Below are positions 17,072-26,176 of a stretch of DNA of 32,000 nucleotides, piece after piece; positions within the stretch are counted from its first letter, which is position 1; each line of letters starts with the position of its first letter. Origin of the DNA: Syntrophales bacterium (lineage in GTDB: Bacteria; Desulfobacterota; Syntrophia; Syntrophales; UBA2185); the NCBI GenBank assembly GCA_035542475.1, contig DATKLL010000003.1, positions 31,608 to 63,607 of the forward strand. Reading direction: 5' to 3'. The notes beneath the pieces were generated by a model, which did not search any database, was not told the DNA's origin, and saw only the letters and a program-made list of their open reading frames with translations. Made by a program: the position numbers and the translations under genes.

Positions 17072-18417
17072 CAGATCAATCGCTCCCACAGAGGTCCCAC
17101 ACGACCCCGCGCATAAAGCTTCGTAATGTTTTTGAACATCAACTGTGATCCGGTACCAATAACCCAATTGGATCGGCCAGCGGCATGGTTTTTCACAAGC
17201 TCCATGACCGCTTCCCGCTGCACGGCCGGCGACCAGTAAAACCTCGGCTCAAGCGGATTCCAGTTTGATTCTATGTGCCCTTCCTCGAGGGCGAGGGTGT
17301 AAAGAGCGGTATGAGGATATATTCTGATCCCGCTGAAAACGAAGAAAGCGGTTTTTTCCAGCTTGTCGGTGTTGGCCAGAGTTTCTTTCAGCGTATCTTC
17401 ATTTTCTCCGGGCCCTCCCAGCATGAGATAATGAGCCACGTGCAGACCGGCAGCAAGAGCCTCCATGTGTGAGGAAAATACATCGTCAATGTGAAAAGGT
17501 TTGCCGTATGCCTCAAGTACACGGTCTGAAAGAGCCTCCGTACCGAATTCCACATGTGTAAGCCCCGCATCGGCGAGGATGTGATAATAGTCAGGCGGAG
17601 AGGCAGTCGGTACAAAAAGGCCGCCCCAGGGAATGGAAATGCCCGCTTTTTTGAATGCTCCAGCAACCTCCAGGCTATGCTCATAACTGCCATTTAACGT
17701 CGAATCCGTCACATAGAGGTATCTGGCGCCGGCGTCCTGTAGCATTCTGGCTGTATCGGCGACTTCTTCAGGCTTAACAAAGCGGAATCGCTTTCCTTCT
17801 ATATGGGGATAAGTACAATAAACACAGCTGAAGGGGCATCCTCTTTTTGTCTGGAGATTGAGGATGCCACCCCTTTCCAGATAAAAAGTTGTATAGGAAT
17901 TATTAGGGAACACGCCGCGTGGGAATGGATGCGGCCATGGTTTCGGAAACTCAATGATACTGTCTTTAGTCACTATGCCGGAAAGACCGGAAATATTTTC
18001 ATTCCTTTCCAGTGCCCTAAGTAATAGCTGGAGACGCTCGCCCTCGCCTATGATGCCATAATCAGCTTCAAGCGAGGTCATTAATTCACCGGGCATAATG
18101 GTAAATCCACTACCTCCCAGTACGATCAGCCCACTCGATCGTTTACGGATCGTACTTATCAATTCCCGAATTTGACCTATAAAGATCTGCACATTGGCAA
18201 AATCGACGTTATCGATGTTTCTGATAGATAAGCCGATGACATCAGGGACGAATTGAGATAGAACCCCGGTCAAGGCACTCCCGTCCCCTAGTTCATTCAT
18301 ATCGACTGTCTTTACCTGATGAGGAGGCGATATAGCACTCATCACATAATCGAGGCCGATCGGGTAAGACGGATGAGGCTCGGCAACTGTGTTTGTTGAT
18401 ACCAATAATACCTTCAC
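17071..18417 (-). CDS. B12-binding-domain radical SAM enzyme (class B)
   Basis: N-terminal 'MKVLLVSTN...VIGLSIRN' cobalamin-binding-like domain and the cluster motif 'KRGCPFSCVYCTY'. The GTG start overlaps the upstream stop (GTGA, 18414-18417). Confidence 0.85.
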   Translation of the reverse strand: MKVLLVSTNTVAEPHPSYPIGLDYVMSAISPPHQVKTVDMNELGDGSALTGVLSQFVPDVIGLSIRNIDNVDFANVQIFIGQIRELISTIRKRSSGLIVLGGSGFTIMPGELMTSLEADYGIIGEGERLQLLLRALERNENISGLSGIVTKDSIIEFPKPWPHPFPRGVFPNNSYTTFYLERGGILNLQTKRGCPFSCVYCTYPHIEGKRFRFVKPEEVADTARMLQDAGARYLYVTDSTLNGSYEHSLEVAGAFKKAGISIPWGGLFVPTASPPDYYHILADAGLTHVEFGTEALSDRVLEAYGKPFHIDDVFSSHMEALAAGLHVAHYLMLGGPGENEDTLKETLANTDKLEKTAFFVFSGIRIYPHTALYTLALEEGHIESNWNPLEPRFYWSPAVQREAVMELVKNHAAGRSNWVIGTGSQLMFKNITKLYARGRVGPLWERLI

Positions 18418-19895
18418 AGACCACCCCCTATGATTTCCCGGGTAAATCTCTCATAACCAATGATATTCCTCACCGTCTGAAAAGATCCAAGCATTGTCCC
18501 CATTATCCCAGGCGCCAGACTGTTCTGACCGGCGAGAAATAAGCCGCCGATGGAAGTGCGTCTCAAAGACGCTGTCTTCATTAATTGTCTTGTTGAACGA
18601 AGAACCCCATATGCCGAACCATTCGGTGAGTTCACCCGGTCCCTGATGGTCAACGGGGTATAGATGTCGAGTATCTTCATCCCTTTGAGATTTCCGAATA
18701 ACTTTGAGGCTTCATCGATGAAGAAACGGGCCTTTTCTGCCTTTGCGTCCGCGTAACTCCTGCCGCGCCGCCCTGACGTTGTCCCCTCCCACTTTCGCCA
18801 TTCCTCAATGCTGCTCGTTGTAATCATGGATAAGATATTTATTCCCGGCTGCCCGCTGTCTCGCAATTGATGGAATATCCCCCGGGACAGCGTGCCGTCT
18901 TCTTCCATGTGAAGTCGGTAGATGTTGTAGGACAGCGCTTCATGCACATAAGTATCGACCGCAACGCTGACGGAAAATAGTCCTTTCGTATTTTCAAGTT
19001 CATTGACCCTCTCAGCATAAGCGGGCCGGAGTGCATCGCCTGGCAGCATAGCGATGAGCGTCTGCGGATGAACAGCGGCAATGACGGCTGATGCCTCAAG
19101 CGCGCGGCCGGACTTTAAAATGACGCCTTTAACCTGTCCAGACTCTGTCATGATTCTTTCGACACCGTCGCCGGTAACGACATCGCCGCCCAGTGATTTA
19201 AGGCGGGACACAAACGCATCCGCCATATGGGAGCCGCTGCAGGCCAATCGCCAGGAGGACAGGAGATAGGAAGCAAGGGTCATATAATAATAAAAGGCCG
19301 GACAATCCTTCAAAGGAACTCCGATTAATGTAGAAGAAACACCCAGTACAGAGAAAAGACGGAGAGAACAATTTGCGTGCTGGAGGCGTTCCCCCATTGA
19401 CTCAAAATTCTCCGGTGAGAGAAAATTCATTCCCGGGGACGTCAGCATATCGAGCGATGAAAGGGAATGGGATATTTGCCTCAAATCCCCCATGATCGTT
19501 TTAATCTGGCTTTGTTCCAAAGGAAAGGCTTGTCTCAGGTTGTCTTCGAAGGCATCGATGCTCTCAGGAAGATCGAAAGTAAAATCATCAAAAATATATC
19601 GGTCTACGACACCATCTGTGCCTAAACGTTCGACCGGGATTGACGGGGTGACACCGAGATAATCCCACAATCTTCGGAGAGGCTGGCCTTTTTCGAGAGA
19701 GCCCATGTAATGCACGCCCACGGGACATTCAATACCGGACCGGACATAGCTCCGCATCAATCCACCCGGCAGTGGATTTCTTTCCACGACCGTAACCTGG
19801 TGATTAAGCTTCGATAGAATGATGCCAGCAGTTAAGCCGCCGACACCGGAGCCGATGATCAGGATATCTCCATCCGCTTGTCCTTTCTTCATCAT
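18414..19895 (-). CDS. CrtI/phytoene-desaturase-like FAD-dependent oxidoreductase
   Basis: 'ILIIGSGVGGLTAGIILSKLNHQVTVVERNPLPGG' dinucleotide-binding motif, about 490 aa, and a C-terminal 'GLFLAGQNSLAPGIMG' typical of the amine-oxidase/CrtI fold. The ATG at 19895 overlaps the upstream stop (ATGA). Confidence 0.8.
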   Translation of the reverse strand: MMKKGQADGDILIIGSGVGGLTAGIILSKLNHQVTVVERNPLPGGLMRSYVRSGIECPVGVHYMGSLEKGQPLRRLWDYLGVTPSIPVERLGTDGVVDRYIFDDFTFDLPESIDAFEDNLRQAFPLEQSQIKTIMGDLRQISHSLSSLDMLTSPGMNFLSPENFESMGERLQHANCSLRLFSVLGVSSTLIGVPLKDCPAFYYYMTLASYLLSSWRLACSGSHMADAFVSRLKSLGGDVVTGDGVERIMTESGQVKGVILKSGRALEASAVIAAVHPQTLIAMLPGDALRPAYAERVNELENTKGLFSVSVAVDTYVHEALSYNIYRLHMEEDGTLSRGIFHQLRDSGQPGINILSMITTSSIEEWRKWEGTTSGRRGRSYADAKAEKARFFIDEASKLFGNLKGMKILDIYTPLTIRDRVNSPNGSAYGVLRSTRQLMKTASLRRTSIGGLFLAGQNSLAPGIMGTMLGSFQTVRNIIGYERFTREIIGGGL

Positions 19896-22072
19896 GGCCT
19901 TATCTCCATCGCCGTTACGTAATTGCCGAATCCGATGACAAGGATACCCCGACCCTGCAATTGCAACGGACTCTGATGACAAGTATTTTCGGGCATAATA
20001 CCTGCTTTCACAAAAGAGACCGCTAGAACTGCTGCCACCGCTGATGCTGACGCAAACTCGCCGACGAACCGCCTGTAATCGATAACAGGATGAGGGTATC
20101 CTGTGACAGACAGAAATTCACCAAGCTGCTCTCGACCCTTGTCATTCTGTGCGGCGGGAATCCCCACCATAATGGCCCCAAATTCGTCACTGATTCTTTT
20201 TCCTCCACCATGCGCATTGACAAGCTCTGCGATGCATTTTCCGTTGTTTCCGGCGTAAGAGAAAAATGAAGGAGATATCAGTGGGGAAGACGCCGATGTC
20301 GCCGGTATGAGGCAGAGGGCACCGCCGCCGTCTGCCGGGATACCCGCCCGTGCCACAGAGGCATCGAACAGCGGTGACAACTTTTCATGATACTCGTCCG
20401 CCCCTATTACAAGCAGGGGGGCATCACTGTTACAGGCCAGAAAGCTCGCGCTCAGTAGTGCCTGTTCGAACGAGCAATCACCGCCCGTCATGGTCACATT
20501 CGGCCCGGTAGCCTTGAAGCGGATCGCGATATGCCCTGCGGCCGCGTTATGTACGGAGCCGACAAAATCCGTCGGGCTGGTGAATCTTTCACCAGACACA
20601 AAGAGTTTTGTCAGAAAATCATGAGTCTCTGAAAGCCCGCCCCAGCCTGTCCCGAAAAAGACCGATTTTGGAGGGGGCTCTGTCGCTGGATCTCCGCAGG
20701 CGGAAACTGCAAGCGACAAACCTAGACGACAGAGTCGCTTCATGCGGCGGACATATTTCTCTGAGATGAATCTTAGTATTTCTGCGGATGGGACGATTCC
20801 CCCCGCTTCTTCGCCACGGCTGATACGCTGTGTTGTTTGCCCGACATCCCCGGCCCCCGTGAAGCACGAGTTCCCCAGAACGGCAAATGCCCTGGGCCTT
20901 GCTGCGCGTGAAGGAGCCTTGAAATCTTCGCTGCGCCGCGGACGGCCGACGACGATAGAGGCGTTATTTCCGCCGAAGCCGAAGGCGTTTACGAGAACTG
21001 AATTAAGCTTCGCTTCCGTAGGCTGAACCACGGGCGTCAACCGCAACTCAGGATCAGGTTCATGAAAGCCGATATTTGCGGGTATGACGCCATGGGTAAT
21101 GCATAACGAGGAAACAGCAGCGCCCATTGCCCCCGCTGCTGCTAACGAATGCCCGACAGACCCTTTGATGGAAGAGAGAGGTGGCAAAGGCCGATCTGCG
21201 AAAAGGACATGTACAGCTCGCGCTTCGGCGAGATCATTATCGATGGTACCTGTACCGTGCAGATGAACATAATCTATATCCGCGGGGGTGATGCGGGCGT
21301 CGGAAAGAGCCTCTTTCATGGCACGCAACGCCCCGGCACCTTCCGGATGAGGCGAAGCGGGATGGTAGGCGTCGCAGGATAAGCCGGCGCCGAGTAGTTC
21401 AACGGTGGCATCTTCTGGCGGGACTTCTGCGGCAGTCAGGAGCAGCATGGCGGCGCCCTCACCGACAGACATACCACGTCTTTCTTTATCAAACGGATGC
21501 GCTCCCGTAGAATCCACAAGCTGAAGGGCATGAAAGCCGTGATAGGTCAACCGGCATAACGCATCAACGCCACCGGCAAGAACTTTTTTTATATCGCCGG
21601 ACCGCAGCATTTCAACAGCGATCTTCAGGGCAACAGACCCCGACGAGCACGCTGTGGAAACGGTGAGGACCGGGCCTTTGCATCCCACACGGCGGGCTAT
21701 GTACTCGGCAATAGTACCTGTGGAGTGATTCCTGTATTTCTCAGGATCAACAACTCCCTCTTTTAAAAGTTCTTCTGTAGTAGGCATTCCTCCCGTGGTG
21801 ATGCCGATGACCACCGCGTCAGGAATGACTCCTTCATCTTTAATTGCCTCTTGGCTGGCAGCAAGAGCTATTGCGTGAGTCCTTGGTAAATCATCTGAGA
21901 AAGAAAACGAGCTGATTTCGCCAACAGGGAGTGGTGTTTCGGCAGTCGGAAAAAGTTGAAGGGGTTTAATTTCTCGTGCGGCATTCCTTATGGCGTCGAT
22001 TGTGTCGCATATTCCTCGGCCAAATGGGCTTATTATCCCCAAGGATGTGATAAAAACTCGCATATCATTCAA
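19892..22072 (-). CDS. Fused ketosynthase / chain-length-factor-like protein (KS-CLF)
   Basis: The N-terminal half has 'TVSTACSSGS', 'HLHGTGTIDND' and 'KGSVGHSLAAAG'. The C-terminal half (about aa 395-726) looks KS-fold-like ('FFGTGWGGL', 'FVGSVHNAAAGHIAIRF') but has no HGTGT or GH motifs. Confidence 0.8.
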   Translation of the reverse strand: MNDMRVFITSLGIISPFGRGICDTIDAIRNAAREIKPLQLFPTAETPLPVGEISSFSFSDDLPRTHAIALAASQEAIKDEGVIPDAVVIGITTGGMPTTEELLKEGVVDPEKYRNHSTGTIAEYIARRVGCKGPVLTVSTACSSGSVALKIAVEMLRSGDIKKVLAGGVDALCRLTYHGFHALQLVDSTGAHPFDKERRGMSVGEGAAMLLLTAAEVPPEDATVELLGAGLSCDAYHPASPHPEGAGALRAMKEALSDARITPADIDYVHLHGTGTIDNDLAEARAVHVLFADRPLPPLSSIKGSVGHSLAAAGAMGAAVSSLCITHGVIPANIGFHEPDPELRLTPVVQPTEAKLNSVLVNAFGFGGNNASIVVGRPRRSEDFKAPSRAARPRAFAVLGNSCFTGAGDVGQTTQRISRGEEAGGIVPSAEILRFISEKYVRRMKRLCRLGLSLAVSACGDPATEPPPKSVFFGTGWGGLSETHDFLTKLFVSGERFTSPTDFVGSVHNAAAGHIAIRFKATGPNVTMTGGDCSFEQALLSASFLACNSDAPLLVIGADEYHEKLSPLFDASVARAGIPADGGGALCLIPATSASSPLISPSFFSYAGNNGKCIAELVNAHGGGKRISDEFGAIMVGIPAAQNDKGREQLGEFLSVTGYPHPVIDYRRFVGEFASASAVAAVLAVSFVKAGIMPENTCHQSPLQLQGRGILVIGFGNYVTAMEIRP

Positions 22073-22221
22073 TTCAATAACACTTGGCCTTTTTCGACGC
22101 GAAGCCGCAGATAAAGTACTTAGTCGAATTGACCCAGAGTGGGAGAAACGGATCCAAAGGATATAAAATTAACTTTCCGGCAATTTGCTGCGTGAAATAG
22201 GGTCAGGATTTACCCTGGAGT

Positions 22222-22497
22222 TCATGCCATAGATTTGACTTTCTCCGACCGATACTGTTGGACATAGTCCGCTAAAGCCGCAACGGATGCAAAGACCTTG
22301 ATGCCGAGTTCTCTGCTGTCAATCTTTACACCGTAGTCTTTTTCAAGCATCATGACCAGTTCCAGGACATCGATGGAATCCAGTCCTAGATCACCACCAA
22401 TGAGTTGCGCATTCTCATTGATGTCTTTCGGAGAAATATCGATGAGATTTAAGCTCTCAATTATTTTAACTTTCAGTTCTTGGATCAATTCATTCAT
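22222..22497 (-). CDS. Acyl carrier protein
   Basis: 91 aa from 'MNELIQELKVKIIE' with 'LGLDSIDVLELV'. AAAGGA precedes the ATG at 22497; the ORF-track extension to 22587 is spurious. Confidence 0.85.
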   Translation of the reverse strand: MNELIQELKVKIIESLNLIDISPKDINENAQLIGGDLGLDSIDVLELVMMLEKDYGVKIDSRELGIKVFASVAALADYVQQYRSEKVKSMA

Positions 22498-22746
22498 TTT
22501 AATTCCTTTGGGTATTAATAAACACAGCGAGTAGCGGATCGCCAGATATATAGCTTGGCAGAAGACAAATTTTAAATAAGCCATCACTAACGGCGTCAGC
22601 CGCTTCGTATATACACGAAGATCAACTCATTCCGCAATAACTTTTGTGGCTAAAACCTTCCGGTTGAATCGGTCCTCATCCATTCCCTTACAGCTAAATA
22701 AGATATTCGGAAGGAAGAATTCAGTCTTTCCCCGATGTTCGGGTGA

Positions 22747-22775
22747 TATATATTTTTGATACGAATATGTGTCAA
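22747..22775 (-). promoter_or_regulatory. Candidate sigma70-type promoter for the ACP/KS-CLF/CrtI-like/rSAM/deacetylase sub-operon
   Basis: Minus strand reads TTGACA (22775-22770), a 17-nt spacer, then TATATA (22752-22747). The -35 block 'TTGACACATATTCG' is identical to the one at 31800-31787. Confidence 0.45.
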
Positions 22776-22890
22776 ATAGTGAAAAGTGTACTTGTAATGC
22801 AGATTTAATTAGATATTTCTTTAAGAAATAAACTGAAAGGGAAAAGTATTATATTTTTTTATCAACCAAAACAGCACAGGAGGTGGTAAA

Positions 22891-24027
22891 ATGTTTAGAA
22901 AGATTAGATGGTTAGGGTATTTGTTGGCATTATCGCTCTTAGCTTCTATGTTTTTGATGGGGTGCGCCACTCAGAAGGCCAGCCCATTCGTCAAAGCCGG
23001 CGACCTCAGCATGAAGATGAAATCTGGTAAGTACACTCAGAACGCTGACAATTTCGAGATTATTGTCGACAAGACCGGTTCAATGGGGAGTGATTATAAA
23101 GGGGTACAGAAGTTTGTCATCGAAAAGTCTCTCGTAACCAAGTTTAACAGCTACATTCCCGATTTGAGCCTCAACGCCGGACTGAGGACTCTCGGCCAGA
23201 ACTATGTCGATTTTGACGTCACAAAATTGGAGTATGGGATTGGAAAATACGACCCGGAGGGCCTCCACGGAGTTATACAGAATTTGAGAAATCCTTTCGG
23301 GGAGAGCCCACTCGGGACGGCAATTTCAGCGGCAGGCAATGACCTGAAAGGCCTTCAGGGCAAGAGCGCCCTCATTATATTCTCGGACGGAGTAGATATG
23401 GGCGAGGAGACAGTGAAGGCGGCAACGAACGTTAAGAGTGAGTATGGCGATAGACTGTGCATTTATACCGTCCTGATAGGAAATGATGAAAACGGGGCCA
23501 AACTCCTGAATCAGGTATCACGGGCCGGTCAGTGCGGAGTTTCTGTAAAGGGTGATGATCTTGCAGACGACGCAGCGATGAGTGCTTTTGTGGAAAGGAT
23601 TTTCCTGACTACCGGGATGGCCAAGGCACCAACACCAGCACCGGTAAAGGAAGTGAAGAAAGCGCCGGCTGCCGAGCCGATGCTTGAGAAAGGCCGGGTT
23701 ACGCTCGCTGTCGAGTTCGACACGGGGAAGAGTGTTGTAAAACCCAAGTACTATGATGCCATCCGGGGTGTTGCCGTGTATATGAAGAAACATCCGGATG
23801 CAAACGTTGTTATTGAAGGACATACGGACAATGTCGGCGGAGAGAAATACAATCTCAATCTTTCCCAGAAGCGCGCCGAAGCGGTAAAAAATATTCTGGT
23901 AACCAAATTCAACATCGACCAGTCCCGTCTGACGGCAAAAGGTTTTGGACAATCTAAACCTATCGCGAGCAATGCAACCAAGGAAGGGAAACAGAAAAAC
24001 AGGAGAGTTGAAGCGGCTGTAGAATAA
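22891..24027 (+). CDS. Lipoprotein with vWA-like domain and C-terminal OmpA/MotB peptidoglycan-binding domain
   Basis: AGGAGG RBS and lipobox 'FLMGCAT'. MIDAS-like 'VDKTGSMGS', 'LGTAI' and 'IFSDGVD'. A Pro/Ala/Lys linker leads to the OmpA_C signature 'IEGHTDNVGGEKYNLNLSQKRAEAV...NRRVE'. Confidence 0.8.
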   Translation: MFRKIRWLGYLLALSLLASMFLMGCATQKASPFVKAGDLSMKMKSGKYTQNADNFEIIVDKTGSMGSDYKGVQKFVIEKSLVTKFNSYIPDLSLNAGLRTLGQNYVDFDVTKLEYGIGKYDPEGLHGVIQNLRNPFGESPLGTAISAAGNDLKGLQGKSALIIFSDGVDMGEETVKAATNVKSEYGDRLCIYTVLIGNDENGAKLLNQVSRAGQCGVSVKGDDLADDAAMSAFVERIFLTTGMAKAPTPAPVKEVKKAPAAEPMLEKGRVTLAVEFDTGKSVVKPKYYDAIRGVAVYMKKHPDANVVIEGHTDNVGGEKYNLNLSQKRAEAVKNILVTKFNIDQSRLTAKGFGQSKPIASNATKEGKQKNRRVEAAVE

Positions 24028-24069
24028 TGCCGTCGAAAGATAATGAATCTTCCTTGATCATTTAATATA

Positions 24070-24115
24070 GAAGGCCTCTCAATATCTCAAAACTGATCGA
24101 GAGGCCTTCTTTTCT
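24070..24115 (+). terminator. Rho-independent terminator after the OmpA-family gene
   Basis: An 11-bp stem 'gaaggcctctc' (24070-24080) / 'gagaggccttc' (24099-24109) is followed by 'ttttct'. Confidence 0.7.
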
Positions 24116-24182
24116 ATAAAAATTTTTCCAGCACTAAAGACTGGCGTATGATTTTACCCGCCTGTCTGGAAAGGGGAATTAT

Positions 24183-24632
24183 ATGCTTAAGGAATTTAAA
24201 GAATTCGCAATGCGCGGAAACGTCGTCGATATGGCCGTCGGCATTATCATCGGTGCTGCTTTCGGAACCATAGTGAAATCTTTGGTTGATGATATTATCA
24301 TGCCGCCTATAGGACTTCTCCTGGGTAATGTCGATTTCTCCAACCTTTTCCTGGTTATGAAATCGGGAAAGATGGCAGGCCCCTACGCGACCCTCGCCGA
24401 TGCCAAGGCTGCCGGCGCAGTTACCTTGAATGCCGGTGTGTTCTTCAACACGGTCATAAGCTTTATCATCGTTGCATTTTCTGTGTTTCTTATCATTAAA
24501 CAGATAAATATGCTGAAAAGAAAAGAGGCGGCACCGGCCATACCTATTACGAAGGAGTGTGTATATTGTTTATCGACCATTCCCATAAAAGCCTCTCGAT
24601 GTCCTAACTGTACCTCTGAATTAAAGGCATAA
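24183..24632 (+). CDS. mscL: Large-conductance mechanosensitive channel MscL with C-terminal CxxC...CxxC tail
   Basis: '[44 protein letters not shown]' is the MscL N-terminal signature. The C-terminus carries '[18 protein letters not shown]'. Confidence 0.9.
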   Translation: MLKEFKEFAMRGNVVDMAVGIIIGAAFGTIVKSLVDDIIMPPIGLLLGNVDFSNLFLVMKSGKMAGPYATLADAKAAGAVTLNAGVFFNTVISFIIVAFSVFLIIKQINMLKRKEAAPAIPITKECVYCLSTIPIKASRCPNCTSELKA

Positions 24633-24665
24633 TAAACCGGAGTGCTAAACAGCACTGAGATAAGG

Positions 24666-24705
24666 AAAAGGCAGAGTCTATTACAGCTCTGCCTTTTTTA
24701 TTTTT
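24666..24705 (+). terminator. Rho-independent terminator after mscL
   Basis: The stem 'aaaaggcagag' (24666-24676) / 'ctctgcctttt' (24687-24697) runs into a T-rich tract 'ttttttattttt'. Confidence 0.7.
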
Positions 24706-24745
24706 AAAATAGTTTCTCTTTACTTATAACACCATTATCTTTAAC

Positions 24746-25234
24746 ATGACGGTATACAAATTTGCCAGAGCAGATATGGAAATACAACTTTTAATTGTCT
24801 TGGTTATTATAGTTATCGTTTTGATTGCAGTGTTTAAACGGCAGGCAGGCAAACGGTTCGGAAAAATTAGACCAAACGGTAACATAACCGAAGCATATAC
24901 ACACTTTAAAGTTAACCCTGATCTCAATTATTATACCAGCGGATCTGATGTTCATCCAAATGCTATTATAGGAATCGACAAGGCATGGACATTGGAATCC
25001 GACCTGTGGAAGAAAAAGAATCTTGACTCTCAAAGCATGAAAGAACTGGTGCAGGGTATGCAGGCCAAGGCCGCAGAGCGCATCTTGACGCTCCACGGCT
25101 TCGACATTTTTGATGACCACGATATGAAAATAGGCGATTGGTTTTCCATCATGGGTGCCACTACGACTGTTGAGGTTGCAGGCGAAAAGAGAGTCATCAT
25201 ACAGACCCCTCCTGTGGATACGTATCAGTCATGA
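24746..25234 (+). CDS. Hypothetical small membrane-anchored protein
   Basis: A 162-aa ORF with one N-terminal hydrophobic helix ('LLIVLVIIVIVLIAVF') and no recognisable motif. An alternative start lies at 24776. Its 3' end overlaps the convergent acyltransferase gene by 10 nt. Confidence 0.4.
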   Translation: MTVYKFARADMEIQLLIVLVIIVIVLIAVFKRQAGKRFGKIRPNGNITEAYTHFKVNPDLNYYTSGSDVHPNAIIGIDKAWTLESDLWKKKNLDSQSMKELVQGMQAKAAERILTLHGFDIFDDHDMKIGDWFSIMGATTTVEVAGEKRVIIQTPPVDTYQS

Positions 25235-26166
25235 ATTGATGCAGGTTTAAACAAATCACCGCCGGTTTTGTCATCCAGCTTCCGACATAGAAAAGGCTCG
25301 AAGTGGAACCATTCAAACGGATGCTGCCGCACTTTTTCCTCGAGGCGGTCGGCATATGCCTGCGCCGCCCTGCTGATGGCCTCCTGTCTATCGGTCCTGT
25401 TATTTGCACGGACATACACCGGTGGTAAGTTTTGAAAGTGGTATGTTTGTTTGCCCGTACGGAACGCGAAAAAAATGTAAAGGGGCGTGCCGGAGAGCAG
25501 GGCAAAGACAAAGGGTGTTTCCGGCAGAAACGCCTCATGACCCAGGAAACGCACAGGCACAGAACGCTGGTCTTTACGCCATAAGCGGTCGCCCGTCAAG
25601 GAAACCAGGCCGCCTTCCTTCAGGAAGTTGATGCCTTCAACGATATCCGTGGGGGTTCCTCCTTCTTCTTCCACGACTATTATCTTCACGCCGCTCTGGA
25701 CAAGGTCCTCTTTCTGTGTGCGCTCGATCTGGTCCTTGTGCTTCTGCCCCAGGTAGAGAAGGAGTTTCATCCGCGGATTATTGCTGCCCCGAATCCGGAG
25801 CGAGTGCGCCGCGATTTCCCAGCTTCCGACATGGGACATGAGGATGATGCCGCCGATATTCCCGTCTACGGCATCCTCAAGATAATTCCAACCCTCGTGG
25901 GTGATGTTGAGATTTTTTTCATCGAGGAGGAGAATGCGGTCCATATAGACATGGGTGAAATTGTGAAACTGCCTCCATGCGCACCAGACATGATACAATG
26001 CACCTCTTCGCGGGAATAGGGCTTTGTAAAAGTACACACTCATGGCCACCCTTCCCGGAAAGAGAATAAAATATCCGGTAGCGACAAACCAGGCCATGAA
26101 ACGGAACACCCATAGACCCAGCCGTTTCGACAGGAAGATTAAAACCTTATAAAATATATCTTTCAT
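25225..26166 (-). CDS. LpxL/HtrB-family (lysophospholipid / lipid A-type) acyltransferase
   Basis: N-terminal TM helix and the HX4E motif 'MSHVGSWE' at the position typical of lauroyl/myristoyl acyltransferases, about 310 aa. The start 'MKDIFYK' at 26166 lies 10 nt after the MMPL stop. Confidence 0.75.
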   Translation of the reverse strand: MKDIFYKVLIFLSKRLGLWVFRFMAWFVATGYFILFPGRVAMSVYFYKALFPRRGALYHVWCAWRQFHNFTHVYMDRILLLDEKNLNITHEGWNYLEDAVDGNIGGIILMSHVGSWEIAAHSLRIRGSNNPRMKLLLYLGQKHKDQIERTQKEDLVQSGVKIIVVEEEGGTPTDIVEGINFLKEGGLVSLTGDRLWRKDQRSVPVRFLGHEAFLPETPFVFALLSGTPLYIFFAFRTGKQTYHFQNLPPVYVRANNRTDRQEAISRAAQAYADRLEEKVRQHPFEWFHFEPFLCRKLDDKTGGDLFKPASIHD

Positions 26167-26176
26167 CTTTTCACGC

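Noticed and set aside
16129-17188. Exact 14-mer 'ggccagcggcatgg' present at 16129-16142 (intergenic) and at 17175-17188 (inside the B12 rSAM gene).
   Set aside because: About two or more random 14-mer matches are expected in 32 kb counting both strands. One copy is coding, the other is not, and the positions are not equivalent, so I treat this as chance.
22814-22830. A 17-nt palindrome 'tatttctttaagaaata' about 60 nt upstream of the OmpA-family gene, as a possible operator.
   Set aside because: It is very AT-rich and lies in an AT-rich intergenic region. There is no second copy and I could not define a clear promoter context, so it cannot be distinguished from chance.
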